A DNA stretch of 64,000 nt from Escherichia phage JEP8: the sequence record MT764208.1. One strand, written 5' to 3'. Each line of letters starts with the position of its first letter. The stretch's first letter is position 1. Shown piece by piece: positions 54,891-64,000 of the stretch. A program made the position numbers and the translations under genes. The notes under the pieces were generated by a model. It searched no databases, was not told the DNA's origin, and saw only the letters and a program-made list of their open reading frames with translations.

Positions 54891-55745
54891 ATGGCACAAG
54901 TTCCAAAGAAAAGAATAGACACAGGTACTGTCGGCAATCCATCGACTGGCGATATCTTATATGATGGCGGCAATAAAATTAACGATAACTTTGATTCAAT
55001 ATATGACGCATTTGCTGATCAGCGGTTTAAAGACGTAGACCACGGTGTGGGAAGAATGGTTATTCATGCAACCGGATACTATCAGAAGCATCCACGTCAA
55101 AGCTACGCTGGTTCCGCTGTTGAGATTGGGAGTCTACACGATATCGATACAACTCAAGGCGCACTTATTGCTATTCTACCTAAAGCAAAGGTCGGCGAGG
55201 GTGTTGTATTCATAAATAGTAACGGTAGCCTTTCAACGACGACACCGCTCAATATTCGAACTCAAGCAGGTGATTCTATTAGCGGTTATTCCGGTGATGC
55301 TACAATAACACAACCATTTTCAAAAGTCACTGTTTGGTGTACTGCCGTTGAAGGTAGTCGCGTAACGTGGCGATTGGGTATCGAAAGTATGTTTACCGAT
55401 ACAACAACGCCATTAGATAAAACAGTTAACGTAACTGGAGTAGCAACAAACGTTGCTATTGCCGCAAAAACAGAATACGTTTCCATCAAATTATTAACTA
55501 CCGCTAGCAATACATCCGGTTCAAAAATGCGTTCAAGTGAAACGCTACTGATGATTGATTCTAAAGCCGGAAAAGTTTATGCGACGGAATATGCAGTTTT
55601 GCAGAAGACAGAAGATGAACTATACACGGTTCGTTATTTCATCGGTTCCGGCGATAAAGTATATGCAGAGTATAAGGCTACTGGCGAAAATATTCGTTTA
55701 GCAGTTAAAGCCGTAGACACTATTAAAATCGGGGTTGCTACATGA
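54891..55745 (+). CDS. 9: Baseplate wedge / long-tail-fibre attachment protein gp9
   Basis: 284 aa; IDTGTVGNPSTGDILYDGGNKINDNFDSIYDAF resembles T4 gp9. Confidence 0.88.
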   Translation: MAQVPKKRIDTGTVGNPSTGDILYDGGNKINDNFDSIYDAFADQRFKDVDHGVGRMVIHATGYYQKHPRQSYAGSAVEIGSLHDIDTTQGALIAILPKAKVGEGVVFINSNGSLSTTTPLNIRTQAGDSISGYSGDATITQPFSKVTVWCTAVEGSRVTWRLGIESMFTDTTTPLDKTVNVTGVATNVAIAAKTEYVSIKLLTTASNTSGSKMRSSETLLMIDSKAGKVYATEYAVLQKTEDELYTVRYFIGSGDKVYAEYKATGENIRLAVKAVDTIKIGVAT

Positions 55746-57544
55746 AACAATTAATTAATATCGGTAACGTTGTTGATGACGGTACAGGTGATTATCTAAG
55801 AAAAGGTGGTCAAAAGATTAATGACAACTTTTCTGAACTTTATAATAAGCTGGGGGATGGTGATATCCCTCATGCATCCGGCGCATGGAAAACTCACACA
55901 CAACCAGTATTAAAACCAAATTTTGGTGATGCATGGGCGATTAATACAACGAACAACGCTGTTTCTGTTGAATTGCCTAAAGGAAGCGCGAGTGATTATA
56001 ATAAAACAATTAAACTTCGTGATGTTTGGCGCTCATGGGCTGCACATAACGTAACGTTGAAGCCAGCACAAGGTGATACCATTAAGGGATCTCCAATCGA
56101 CCGTGAGTTGTATAAAGATTTCATGGATGTTGAATTGGTTTATTGTGCGCCTGGACGTTGGGAATATGTCGAAAATAAACGAGTAGATACTATCACCACT
56201 TCCGATTTAAGCACAGTCGCCAAAGAAGTTTATATTGCAACCGAAGGACAAACAGACTTCCCCAATGTGTTTGGTTCCAATACTTACAATATTCGAAATG
56301 TTGAAGTGTATTATCGCGGTAACTTGCTTTATTATGGCAAGGATTTAACCGATGATTCTAACTATGGTTCAATCGGTGAAAACGGTGATATTGTTCCGCT
56401 GGACGGTAAAAGCATTAAATTACGCTTCCCTTGTTCGGCTGGTGATACCATTCAAATCATCACTTATATGGACGGTATCGCATCTTTCCGGTCAAGCTAT
56501 ATTACTCATACAATCCGCGTTTATGAAACAGGAATGACCACTTTGGAATCCATCCCTGGTGAAGTTTGGGTTGGTGAACTGGCTAATAAGAAAGAATTTA
56601 CTAATGCGGAATTAGGCGTAAGTAAGAGAGATCTTATTAATCCAAATTCATTTGAATTGCTGATCAACGGCACACAAATGATTAAAGCGGGTGATGCTGA
56701 TTTACCTTCCTTTATTTGTGAAGGCGCTGACGGTGAAACGGAAGAAACCTGCGTACTTGCTGGCGGTCAATGGGTGGAATCTGGGGAAGATTATTCATTG
56801 ATGTTCGACGAAAACAGCGTGGTGACTGGTATTAAATTATCTAAAGCACTAGATAACCGAGATACTATCACAATTCGCTGGTTTAATAATGATATCGGAA
56901 CATTAATGGAATGGGACGGTGTAGGCGGTATTAAAGAAAAAGCAGATAAAATCTATCTTAATAACGAAGATGAAGTTACTCTGACAAATCGAATTGAATA
57001 TACCGATTTCCAGAATCCAAGCCAAGCAACTAAACGCCCAATGGAAGATTATACAGGTCGTGTGATGGATATCTATTCCATATTCGATATTTTCTATCCT
57101 ATAGGCACAATTTATGAAAATGCGCATAACCCAGCTAACCCAGCGACATATATGGGATTTGGTACATGGGTACGTTATGCAGAAAAAGAATTTTTAGTTG
57201 GTTGGTCTTCTGACGCAAGCGATCAAAACTTCGCACTAAACAACAACGATCTTGATACACATGGTCAACCTACACACACCGCAGGTGGTAACGGTGGTGA
57301 TGTTGCATACCAGATCAAGAAAAATATGATTCCTGAATTACAGAGCGACGTTCGAGTTCTTGTAAAAGATGATAACGGAAATATTATCATTGGTGGTTGT
57401 CAGGTAGACCCTGATGCAGTAGGTCCAGCGTTTACCAAATATCGCGAAGATAATGTTAAAGTTAATCAGGGAAATACCGACCCATCAATGATTGGTATTC
57501 TTCCTCCATACAGAACTGTCTATCGTTGGCTAAGGGTAGGTTAA
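55742..57544 (+). CDS. 10: Baseplate wedge / short-tail-fibre attachment protein gp10
   Basis: 600 aa; MKQLINIGNVVDDGTGDYLRKGGQKINDNF and C-terminal YTKYRED...YRWLRVG resemble T4 gp10. Confidence 0.88.
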   Translation: MKQLINIGNVVDDGTGDYLRKGGQKINDNFSELYNKLGDGDIPHASGAWKTHTQPVLKPNFGDAWAINTTNNAVSVELPKGSASDYNKTIKLRDVWRSWAAHNVTLKPAQGDTIKGSPIDRELYKDFMDVELVYCAPGRWEYVENKRVDTITTSDLSTVAKEVYIATEGQTDFPNVFGSNTYNIRNVEVYYRGNLLYYGKDLTDDSNYGSIGENGDIVPLDGKSIKLRFPCSAGDTIQIITYMDGIASFRSSYITHTIRVYETGMTTLESIPGEVWVGELANKKEFTNAELGVSKRDLINPNSFELLINGTQMIKAGDADLPSFICEGADGETEETCVLAGGQWVESGEDYSLMFDENSVVTGIKLSKALDNRDTITIRWFNNDIGTLMEWDGVGGIKEKADKIYLNNEDEVTLTNRIEYTDFQNPSQATKRPMEDYTGRVMDIYSIFDIFYPIGTIYENAHNPANPATYMGFGTWVRYAEKEFLVGWSSDASDQNFALNNNDLDTHGQPTHTAGGNGGDVAYQIKKNMIPELQSDVRVLVKDDNGNIIIGGCQVDPDAVGPAFTKYREDNVKVNQGNTDPSMIGILPPYRTVYRWLRVG

Positions 57545-57545
57545 T

Positions 57546-58190
57546 ATGATTTCGAAAACACGTTCAAAAGCTAGTGTATTTTCCAGCGATGCGGCGTTTA
57601 TTTCATACGATCCAGGATCGAAAGATCCTGTTATCGGTGGTTCTCGTCCTATTGGTGGTGTTAATGTCGATCAATCAAGAAAAGGTTCCTATGTAAGCAA
57701 CGTTCAATCTGCAATTGATGACCTTTATTCATTGTCAATGATCCGAATTGGTGATGTGTTGGTTACAACCAACTCAACTCCACCACAAGCCGCAGGACAG
57801 ATTGAAACTCTGTCATTTTCTGGTTCTGTTAACAATCAGCATAATCCAGACGCAAACAAAGTATTAATTGATGTTTTGGGTTATCCATTTATTGTTGATG
57901 TTGGGTCTTCCGGTGTTTCTCTATGTGAAAAAGTAACGGAAAAATTTACCGAACTAATGAATAAAAACATTATGTTCAAAGAAGTAAAAAGAAAAGGAAG
58001 TAGCAACGACCAATTAGAAATTCATTATATCGATTCTCTTGAACATCCACCAACCGATATTAACAAGTACGGAATTACAATTACAGGAAATGTTGATTCT
58101 CCTGCTCGTGTTGGTTATGGTTCATGGTCTCGAATGGGTACAGAAGAGAAATTTGGAACTACCCTATATTATTTCAAACGTATTGCATAA
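57546..58190 (+). CDS. 11: Baseplate wedge protein gp11
   Basis: 214 aa (T4 gp11 219 aa); position between gp10 and gp12. Confidence 0.8.
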   Translation: MISKTRSKASVFSSDAAFISYDPGSKDPVIGGSRPIGGVNVDQSRKGSYVSNVQSAIDDLYSLSMIRIGDVLVTTNSTPPQAAGQIETLSFSGSVNNQHNPDANKVLIDVLGYPFIVDVGSSGVSLCEKVTEKFTELMNKNIMFKEVKRKGSSNDQLEIHYIDSLEHPPTDINKYGITITGNVDSPARVGYGSWSRMGTEEKFGTTLYYFKRIA

Positions 58191-58201
58191 GGTGATGTAT
58201 A

Positions 58202-59602
58202 ATGGCAAACAATACTATTAACCATGTAAAAGACGATGCTCAATACGTCAAGTTTAACCCTGTAAATGATTGGCCTCAAAGCATTACCAACGTACAAGCG
58301 GCTTTAGCCGCTATTAATGGCTTTGCCGTAAATGGATTACCAGACGCTACGGAAGATACAGCCGGGATCGCTGCAATCGCAACTCAGGAAGAAGTAAACG
58401 ACGGGACAGTAGACAATAAGATCGTGACTCCAAAAACACTGGCTGTTAAAATGTCACGTCCAGATGCCACAAAAGAAGTAAAAGGCATTACCCGATTTGC
58501 CACGATGGAAGAATCGCTGCAAGAGAGCAACGAGAACATGGCAATCGGTCCAGACACACTAAACCATTACTTCACCACTAAAAAGGCGTCAGAGAGCGTT
58601 CAGGGGACTATTAAGATATGTTCTCTTGAGGCGGCAAAGATTGGCAGTGATGACACAATGGCAGTAACACCGAAAAAGATGCACACTGCCATTGCACAGA
58701 TTGTACCTGGATTAATTCCAGATCAAAACACAGCAACCGAAAGCGCACAGGGTTTAGTTCAGTTAGCAACCAATGCGCAAGTTTTACAAGGCCAGATTCG
58801 AGAAGGTTTTGCAATTAGTCCTTATGCATTTGCAAATGCTCGCGCCAATGAGAATCAGGCGGGTACTGTTAAGATCGCCAGTCAGTCACAGATGAATGCT
58901 GGTTCAGATGATACTGTAGTTGTTTCTGCTAAGAAGTTTGCAAGCACTAAGGCAACAACGTCTCAATACGGTATTGTTAAACTACGAGACACCGTAGGAA
59001 GTGAGGCTAACGCTGCACTATCAGCAAATGCTAAGGTTCTTCCTAGCACTGGCGGTACGGTAAGCGGAAACGTCTATAAAGGTTCAAACTCAGACGGCAA
59101 CCAGTTTGTTACTAAAAATGAATTAGCAAATCACGCAATGCCAATTGGTGGTATTATCCTTTCTGGATTCAATGCCGATCGAGGTGACTTTCTGATCTGT
59201 AATGGTCGTTCACTGAATAAAAATCAATATCCGCAATTATTTTCTGCGATTGGTTATACATTTGGTGGTTCAGGTGACAATTTTAACATTCCTGATATGC
59301 GCGGTTTAGTTGCTCGTGGTTGCGATCATGGAAGAAACCTTGATCCAGGTCGTCGATTTGGTTCTTATCAAGAAGATGCAATGCAGAGAATTACTGGTAA
59401 ATTCCCTGTAGCTGACCGCTGGCGCGGTTGGTATGGTGGCGCATTTACTGCCCAGCGCGGTCAATGGAGCACGAACTATAAAAACGGTGGTGGTGATGAT
59501 TGGGGTACTACTGTTAACTTTGACTCAGGAAGATCCGTAAGAACGGCTAACGAGACTCGCGTCAAGAGTCTGGCATTAAACTATATCATAAGGGTGCGCT
59601 AA
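58202..59602 (+). CDS. 12: Short tail fibre protein gp12
   Basis: 466 aa; N-terminus and C-terminal LNYIIRV resemble T4 gp12; shorter than T4 (527 aa). Confidence 0.85.
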   Translation: MANNTINHVKDDAQYVKFNPVNDWPQSITNVQAALAAINGFAVNGLPDATEDTAGIAAIATQEEVNDGTVDNKIVTPKTLAVKMSRPDATKEVKGITRFATMEESLQESNENMAIGPDTLNHYFTTKKASESVQGTIKICSLEAAKIGSDDTMAVTPKKMHTAIAQIVPGLIPDQNTATESAQGLVQLATNAQVLQGQIREGFAISPYAFANARANENQAGTVKIASQSQMNAGSDDTVVVSAKKFASTKATTSQYGIVKLRDTVGSEANAALSANAKVLPSTGGTVSGNVYKGSNSDGNQFVTKNELANHAMPIGGIILSGFNADRGDFLICNGRSLNKNQYPQLFSAIGYTFGGSGDNFNIPDMRGLVARGCDHGRNLDPGRRFGSYQEDAMQRITGKFPVADRWRGWYGGAFTAQRGQWSTNYKNGGGDDWGTTVNFDSGRSVRTANETRVKSLALNYIIRVR

Positions 59603-61371
59603 TGATTGAACAATTAAACATCCACGAGATCCCACATGTTGACGGTGTACCAAGCGAAGGACAGCACCGTATTAACTGGATCAAGAATGGCGAATGTTTA
59701 AGCGCAGCAACGACACAGACTGGCAATGACGGGACGCTTAACCGCGCCCCGGTTGCAATTCAAGAAAACGTTGCACGCGTAAACGAAAACGCAAAATCAA
59801 CCGTTGCTAAAGTTAACGAGGTTGTAACGGCGGTTAACGATATTAAAACAACTTTAGGGGTAATTTCTGACGGAAGTATCATTGATGTGGTTAACCAGAC
59901 TGTCGCAAAAGTTGAATCCGTCGAAGAGAACTTAGGAGAAACAGCAAGAACTCTACAAACAACGGTAGACGCTGTATCAGAACTTAACATCAAGATTGGT
60001 GATCGCCCCGCTGCCGATCCGAGCACAAGAACAATCTATGATGACATTTCTTTCATCAAACAAGAAATGGGTTCTTATCCTAACTTTAATATCAATGGTT
60101 CCCCTGATGCTGGCAGTTCCGGTTCTGGCATCAAATACCGAGTTATTCAGAATACCGCAGCATTAAATGACCACGGTCGCCGAATCATTCAGCTTGAAAA
60201 CGACTGGCAAGATTCTGACGTAGGCGAGTTAACAAGACAAGTTAACAAAATGCGCAGTGAGATCGGCGACACGTCTCTTGCAACACAAGAAAATGTGTAT
60301 GTTCGTCTCCGCACCAACGCAAGAAACATTGCTAACTTATCAAACGAAGTTCTAGAAGTCAAGAAAGCAATTTTGTTTGATTCAATCCCTGATATCGGGA
60401 CTAAAGTCACTACGCTGGGAACTAATTATGAACGTCTAAACAATGATGTTAATGGTGTAGATTCCGGTATTCGTCCTCGTCTTCTGGCTGTCGAGAATAA
60501 GATCGGAACGCCTCAATCGGCTGGAAGCATTGACTATCGATTAACCAACACAGAGCGAGAATTTTTAGATCTTAAACAGGTTGTTGGTGTAAGCGGTGCT
60601 GACGGTTTGCGCGGTGAAGTTGTTCGACTTTCCAATGAGATTGGCACTGACAGCGATCGACATACTCTAGCCGGACGTATTAAAGTTGTAGAAAACACTC
60701 AGGGTCGGTTAGAAGCAAGCGTACAGGACATGGAACAGCTTGTAGGTGATCGCGAATCAGGTTTGACCGCTGGCGTTATTAAACTATCAAGTGATATCTA
60801 TGGCGATGATGGTTCAGAAGATCCATTTACTCAGAAAGGCGTGATTAAAATCGTCAAAGAGCTACAAACATCTAACGGAAACAAAGTAGATGATGTACCT
60901 GATGACGGTTTCCATTATCTGCGTAAGCGCGGAGAATGGGTGCAAGTTGCATATGCTGCTGGAGCATTTAAAAATACCGCAGATATTACGGTTGAACTTG
61001 ACGAACAGGATGTTTATAAACCGATTCCGCTAAACGATATGACCGAAGAAGTTCCTGCGCGTGGAATGGTTAAGAGCGAATCTCTTGTTACGGTTAACGA
61101 CAAAGGCTTATTCCGTTGTGATTTCCGTTGTTCTGTAAATGCGGCACATAACGCTACTTTCGTAGTCGGTATTGCTAAAAATGGTCTGATTGTACATGAG
61201 GTACGAAATGGTCATTATGGAGCTGATGATTTAATTAGCTATTCTACCAGTGCTTTCCTAAATATTGAAAAGGGCGACCGGATCGATATTCGCATTAAGG
61301 GCGTATCCGAAGAAGCATTAGCGCAACAGCTACAAATTAAAGAGTTCCTCTTTGGGATTTCTCCGGTATAA
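59602..61371 (+). CDS. wac: Fibritin (whisker/neck fibre, wac) with extra C-terminal domain
   Basis: 589 aa; N-terminus IPHVDGVPSEGQHRINWIKNGE resembles T4 fibritin; coiled-coil middle; foldon-like DDGFHYLRKRGEWVQV followed by about 130 more residues. Confidence 0.8.
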   Translation: MIEQLNIHEIPHVDGVPSEGQHRINWIKNGECLSAATTQTGNDGTLNRAPVAIQENVARVNENAKSTVAKVNEVVTAVNDIKTTLGVISDGSIIDVVNQTVAKVESVEENLGETARTLQTTVDAVSELNIKIGDRPAADPSTRTIYDDISFIKQEMGSYPNFNINGSPDAGSSGSGIKYRVIQNTAALNDHGRRIIQLENDWQDSDVGELTRQVNKMRSEIGDTSLATQENVYVRLRTNARNIANLSNEVLEVKKAILFDSIPDIGTKVTTLGTNYERLNNDVNGVDSGIRPRLLAVENKIGTPQSAGSIDYRLTNTEREFLDLKQVVGVSGADGLRGEVVRLSNEIGTDSDRHTLAGRIKVVENTQGRLEASVQDMEQLVGDRESGLTAGVIKLSSDIYGDDGSEDPFTQKGVIKIVKELQTSNGNKVDDVPDDGFHYLRKRGEWVQVAYAAGAFKNTADITVELDEQDVYKPIPLNDMTEEVPARGMVKSESLVTVNDKGLFRCDFRCSVNAAHNATFVVGIAKNGLIVHEVRNGHYGADDLISYSTSAFLNIEKGDRIDIRIKGVSEEALAQQLQIKEFLFGISPV

Positions 61372-61380
61372 GAAATTAAA

Positions 61381-61403
61381 GGGGCGTTAAGCCCCTTTTT
61401 CGT
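61381..61403 (+). terminator. Rho-independent terminator after wac
   Basis: Hairpin ggggcgttaagcccc followed by TTTTTCGTTT. Confidence 0.6.
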
Positions 61404-61417
61404 TTATAGGTGATATT

Positions 61418-62350
61418 ATGTCAGGATATGTAACAAATAACCCAAGAGAATTAAAAGACGCTATTCTGCGTCGTTTAGGCGCACCAGTAATTAACGTAGA
61501 AGTAACAGAAGACCAGATTTACGATTGTATTCAGAGAGCACTAGAACTCTATGGGGAATATCATTTCGATGGTGTGAATAAAGGATATAAAGTATTTCGT
61601 GTTAGTGCAGAGCAAGCGCAACACGGGGTATTTGATTTAAGCGATTCTGGGGTATTCGCAGTAACTAAAATAATTAGAACAAACGTAGGTAGCGCGGCTA
61701 CGATGGATGGCACTGCCGTTTATCCGTGGTTTACTGACTTTCTGTTGGGTTTAGCTGGTGTAAATGGCGGTTTAGGATCTGGATGTAGTAAATTTTATGG
61801 TCCAAATGCAATGGGCGGTGATCTAGGATATTTCGAACAGCTTATGAGCTATCGAGCCACTATGCAAAATATGCTTAATCCACTGCCAGACTATTGGTAT
61901 AATAGCGCAAACGGACAACTTAAGATTACAGGAAACTTCCGAGAAGGTGATCTCATTGTTGTTGAATTATATGTTAAAAGCTATGTAGACGTTCCTGATA
62001 TGATCGGCGCGGTTGCTGGTTATGCTCATGCTGGAGGATGTTCTACCGCTGGCGGGATTAGCGCCGTTTATGATAATCCAACTGCTGGTTTAAGCGGGAT
62101 TGTTGCTGGCATGGGACCGATCAGTGAGAACAAGCAGGGCGCATATAATAACCGTTGGGTTAAAGACATGGCAACCGCTTTCACTAAGGAGGTGTGGGGG
62201 TCCATCATGGCTAAACATCAAGGTCTGCAATTACCAGGTGGTGTCACTGTTGATGGTATCCGAATCATTGAAGAAGCACGCGCCGACATTGAGAAATTGC
62301 GACAAGAACTAGAATTATTAGATCCTCCGTTCGGCATCCTCATGATTTGA
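61418..62350 (+). CDS. 13: Neck protein gp13
   Basis: 310 aa (T4 gp13 309 aa); SD GGTGA; position before gp14. Confidence 0.8.
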   Translation: MSGYVTNNPRELKDAILRRLGAPVINVEVTEDQIYDCIQRALELYGEYHFDGVNKGYKVFRVSAEQAQHGVFDLSDSGVFAVTKIIRTNVGSAATMDGTAVYPWFTDFLLGLAGVNGGLGSGCSKFYGPNAMGGDLGYFEQLMSYRATMQNMLNPLPDYWYNSANGQLKITGNFREGDLIVVELYVKSYVDVPDMIGAVAGYAHAGGCSTAGGISAVYDNPTAGLSGIVAGMGPISENKQGAYNNRWVKDMATAFTKEVWGSIMAKHQGLQLPGGVTVDGIRIIEEARADIEKLRQELELLDPPFGILMI

Positions 62351-62356
62351 TTTATT

Positions 62357-62372
62357 GGGGGAGTATTCCCCC
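62357..62372 (+). promoter_or_regulatory. Intercistronic stem-loop between gp13 and gp14
   Basis: GGGGG-agtatt-CCCCC hairpin immediately upstream of the gp14 SD (GGAG); no strong U-tract. Confidence 0.35.
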
Positions 62373-62386
62373 ATTTGGAGTAACAT

Positions 62387-63127
62387 ATGTTTAACAACAC
62401 TCTTTTTGCTCGCCTTGAATCGCAAAAGGATTATGAGAATACACGACAAACAGAGATTCTTAATCCTTATGTGAACTTTCACAAATATACAAATACTCAG
62501 ACGTTAGCCGACGTTATGGTCGCCGAAGCTATACAGATGCGAGGTGTAGAATTATATTACATCCCTCGTGAATTTGTCAAGCCAGATATGATCTTTGGTG
62601 AGGATGTTCAAAGCAAATTTACTAAAGCATGGAAATTTGCGGCTTATATTAACTCATTTGATGGGTATGAAGGAGCGGGTAATTTCTTCTCTAGTTTCGG
62701 GTATCAAGCTAATGACGAACTAACTTTTACGGTTAACCCCAACCTATTCAAACATCAAGTAGATGATCAAGAGCCAAAATCAGGTGACTTGATTTATATT
62801 CCAATGAGTAATGATCTATTTGAAATTAATTACGTCGAGCCATATCAGCCGTTTTTTCAGGCTGGCAAAAATGCCATGCGTAAAATTATTGCAGAGAAAT
62901 TCGTGTATAGCGGCGAGGAATTGCGACCAGAATTACAACGCAATGAGGGCATTAATGTTGATGAGTTCGCAGATCTGGATCTTGCACCGATCACTAATCT
63001 GGACGGGTTAACAGATATCAACTTAGATCAGTACAAAGAAGATAAGCAATTCAGAAGCGAAGGACAAGATTTTATTGATCCGTTTGATCCTATTAATGGC
63101 ACTGGTTCACCTTTGGCTAATTTTTGA
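62387..63127 (+). CDS. 14: Neck protein gp14
   Basis: 246 aa (T4 gp14 256 aa); position between gp13 and gp15. Confidence 0.8.
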   Translation: MFNNTLFARLESQKDYENTRQTEILNPYVNFHKYTNTQTLADVMVAEAIQMRGVELYYIPREFVKPDMIFGEDVQSKFTKAWKFAAYINSFDGYEGAGNFFSSFGYQANDELTFTVNPNLFKHQVDDQEPKSGDLIYIPMSNDLFEINYVEPYQPFFQAGKNAMRKIIAEKFVYSGEELRPELQRNEGINVDEFADLDLAPITNLDGLTDINLDQYKEDKQFRSEGQDFIDPFDPINGTGSPLANF

Positions 63128-63987
63128 TAAATACTCATAAACAAGGGGGTCAAATGTTTGGATGGCACTACAATTCGTCACTACGAAGATATATTGTATT
63201 GCTGGGTAATTTATTCTCCGGCGTACAAATTAAAAGGGTGCGTAGCGACGGTGAGCGTTTTATTAAAGTTCCTATCACCTACGCAAAGAAAGAAAAATTC
63301 ATGATGAGTCTGGACAAATATAACAATATCTCAAGTGAGGAAGACGTAGCAAAGGTAGAAACTATTTTACCACGTATGTGTCTTTCTTTGATTGATATGA
63401 CATACGCCCAGAACTTTAAAACCAATATTGCAAATAAGACAGTACCAAAATATACAGCGGATGGAATCAGGAGCGTAACACAATATAATCCTGTACCATA
63501 TAAGTTTACTTTCGAGTTAGGGATTTATACGCGTAACGAAGATGATATGTTTCAGATAATTGAACAGATTCTTCCTTACTTCCAGCCTCATTTTAACTGT
63601 AAGATTAAAGAACTACACGGTAATGATGTATGGATTGATCGAGATATTCAGGTCACAATTAGTTCTATTACTCCAGATGAACAGGTAGGCGAAGATAAGT
63701 TTTCTCGTCGTCGTCTTGAGTGGACCATTATGTTTGAGTTCATCGGGTTTATCTATCCTCCAGCTACCGACGTTAAGGGGGAAATTAGAACGATTTATCT
63801 TGATTTTCATGCCAATTCTCGTGAATTGAATCCTAGCGGTAATTTTGAATCAGTGGATCACGAGGTCGTTAAACGTGATGTTGAGCAAGAAGAATGGGAC
63901 GGAACTATCAAAGAATCATATTCTAGTGATATTCCAATACCAGTTGCGCCGACTCCACCGGGTCCACGTATTGTAAGAGAATTTTAA
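63124..63987 (+). CDS. 15: Tail sheath stabiliser / tail completion protein gp15
   Basis: 287 aa; [27 protein letters not shown]...[16 protein letters not shown]...[19 protein letters not shown] resembles T4 gp15. Confidence 0.88.
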   Translation: MINTHKQGGQMFGWHYNSSLRRYIVLLGNLFSGVQIKRVRSDGERFIKVPITYAKKEKFMMSLDKYNNISSEEDVAKVETILPRMCLSLIDMTYAQNFKTNIANKTVPKYTADGIRSVTQYNPVPYKFTFELGIYTRNEDDMFQIIEQILPYFQPHFNCKIKELHGNDVWIDRDIQVTISSITPDEQVGEDKFSRRRLEWTIMFEFIGFIYPPATDVKGEIRTIYLDFHANSRELNPSGNFESVDHEVVKRDVEQEEWDGTIKESYSSDIPIPVAPTPPGPRIVREF

Positions 63988-64000
63988 GAGGTATTTTATT

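Noticed and set aside
1-64000. CRISPR array or other long tandem repeats
   Set aside because: No direct-repeat/spacer periodicity seen; the only repeats are the short promoter/leader cassettes.

Overview
This window is a syntenic segment of a T4-like (Tevenvirinae-type) myophage genome; all protein identifications rest on motif reading and recollection of T4 proteins, with no database search run. Minus strand (1-43221) carries the early/middle replication-recombination-nucleotide metabolism region in T4 order: gp45 (truncated at window edge), gp46, gp47, gp55, nrdH, nrdG, nrdD, gp49, nrdC, dam, tk, endolysin, gp57B, gp57A, gene 1, gp3, gp2, gp4. Plus strand (43277-63987) carries the late baseplate/tail-fibre/neck module: gp53, gp5, gp5.4, gp6, gp7, gp8, gp9, gp10, gp11, gp12, wac, gp13, gp14, gp15. 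Between the conserved genes lie hyperplastic stretches of small ORFs separated by repeated promoter-stem-loop cassettes (host-type TTGACA-17-TATAAT with a GGGG..CCCC hairpin in the spacer, a conserved leader and an AGGAGAATCAAA ribosome-binding site), often paired with rho-independent terminators. The most unusual content: (1) an eight-gene paralogous family of unrecognised modules bracketing nrdG-nrdD; (2) a glycine-rich gp38-adhesin-like gene sitting ectopically in the early region; (3) a consensus sigma70-driven three-gene cassette with a second amino-methyltransferase inserted between late genes gp8 and gp9; (4) a 489-aa P-loop NTPase where T4 carries alpha-glucosyltransferase; (5) macro-domain, nucleotidyltransferase, GrcA-like and secreted lytic-transglycosylase genes; (6) a fibritin with an extra C-terminal C1q-like domain; (7) a possible late-promoter-driven small structured RNA. 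No tRNA, rRNA, CRISPR array or intron was found. The ORF track extends many N-termini to TTG/GTG codons; starts were moved to the ATG with a Shine-Dalgarno where evident. Promoter, terminator and hairpin coordinates are approximate (about +/-2 nt).
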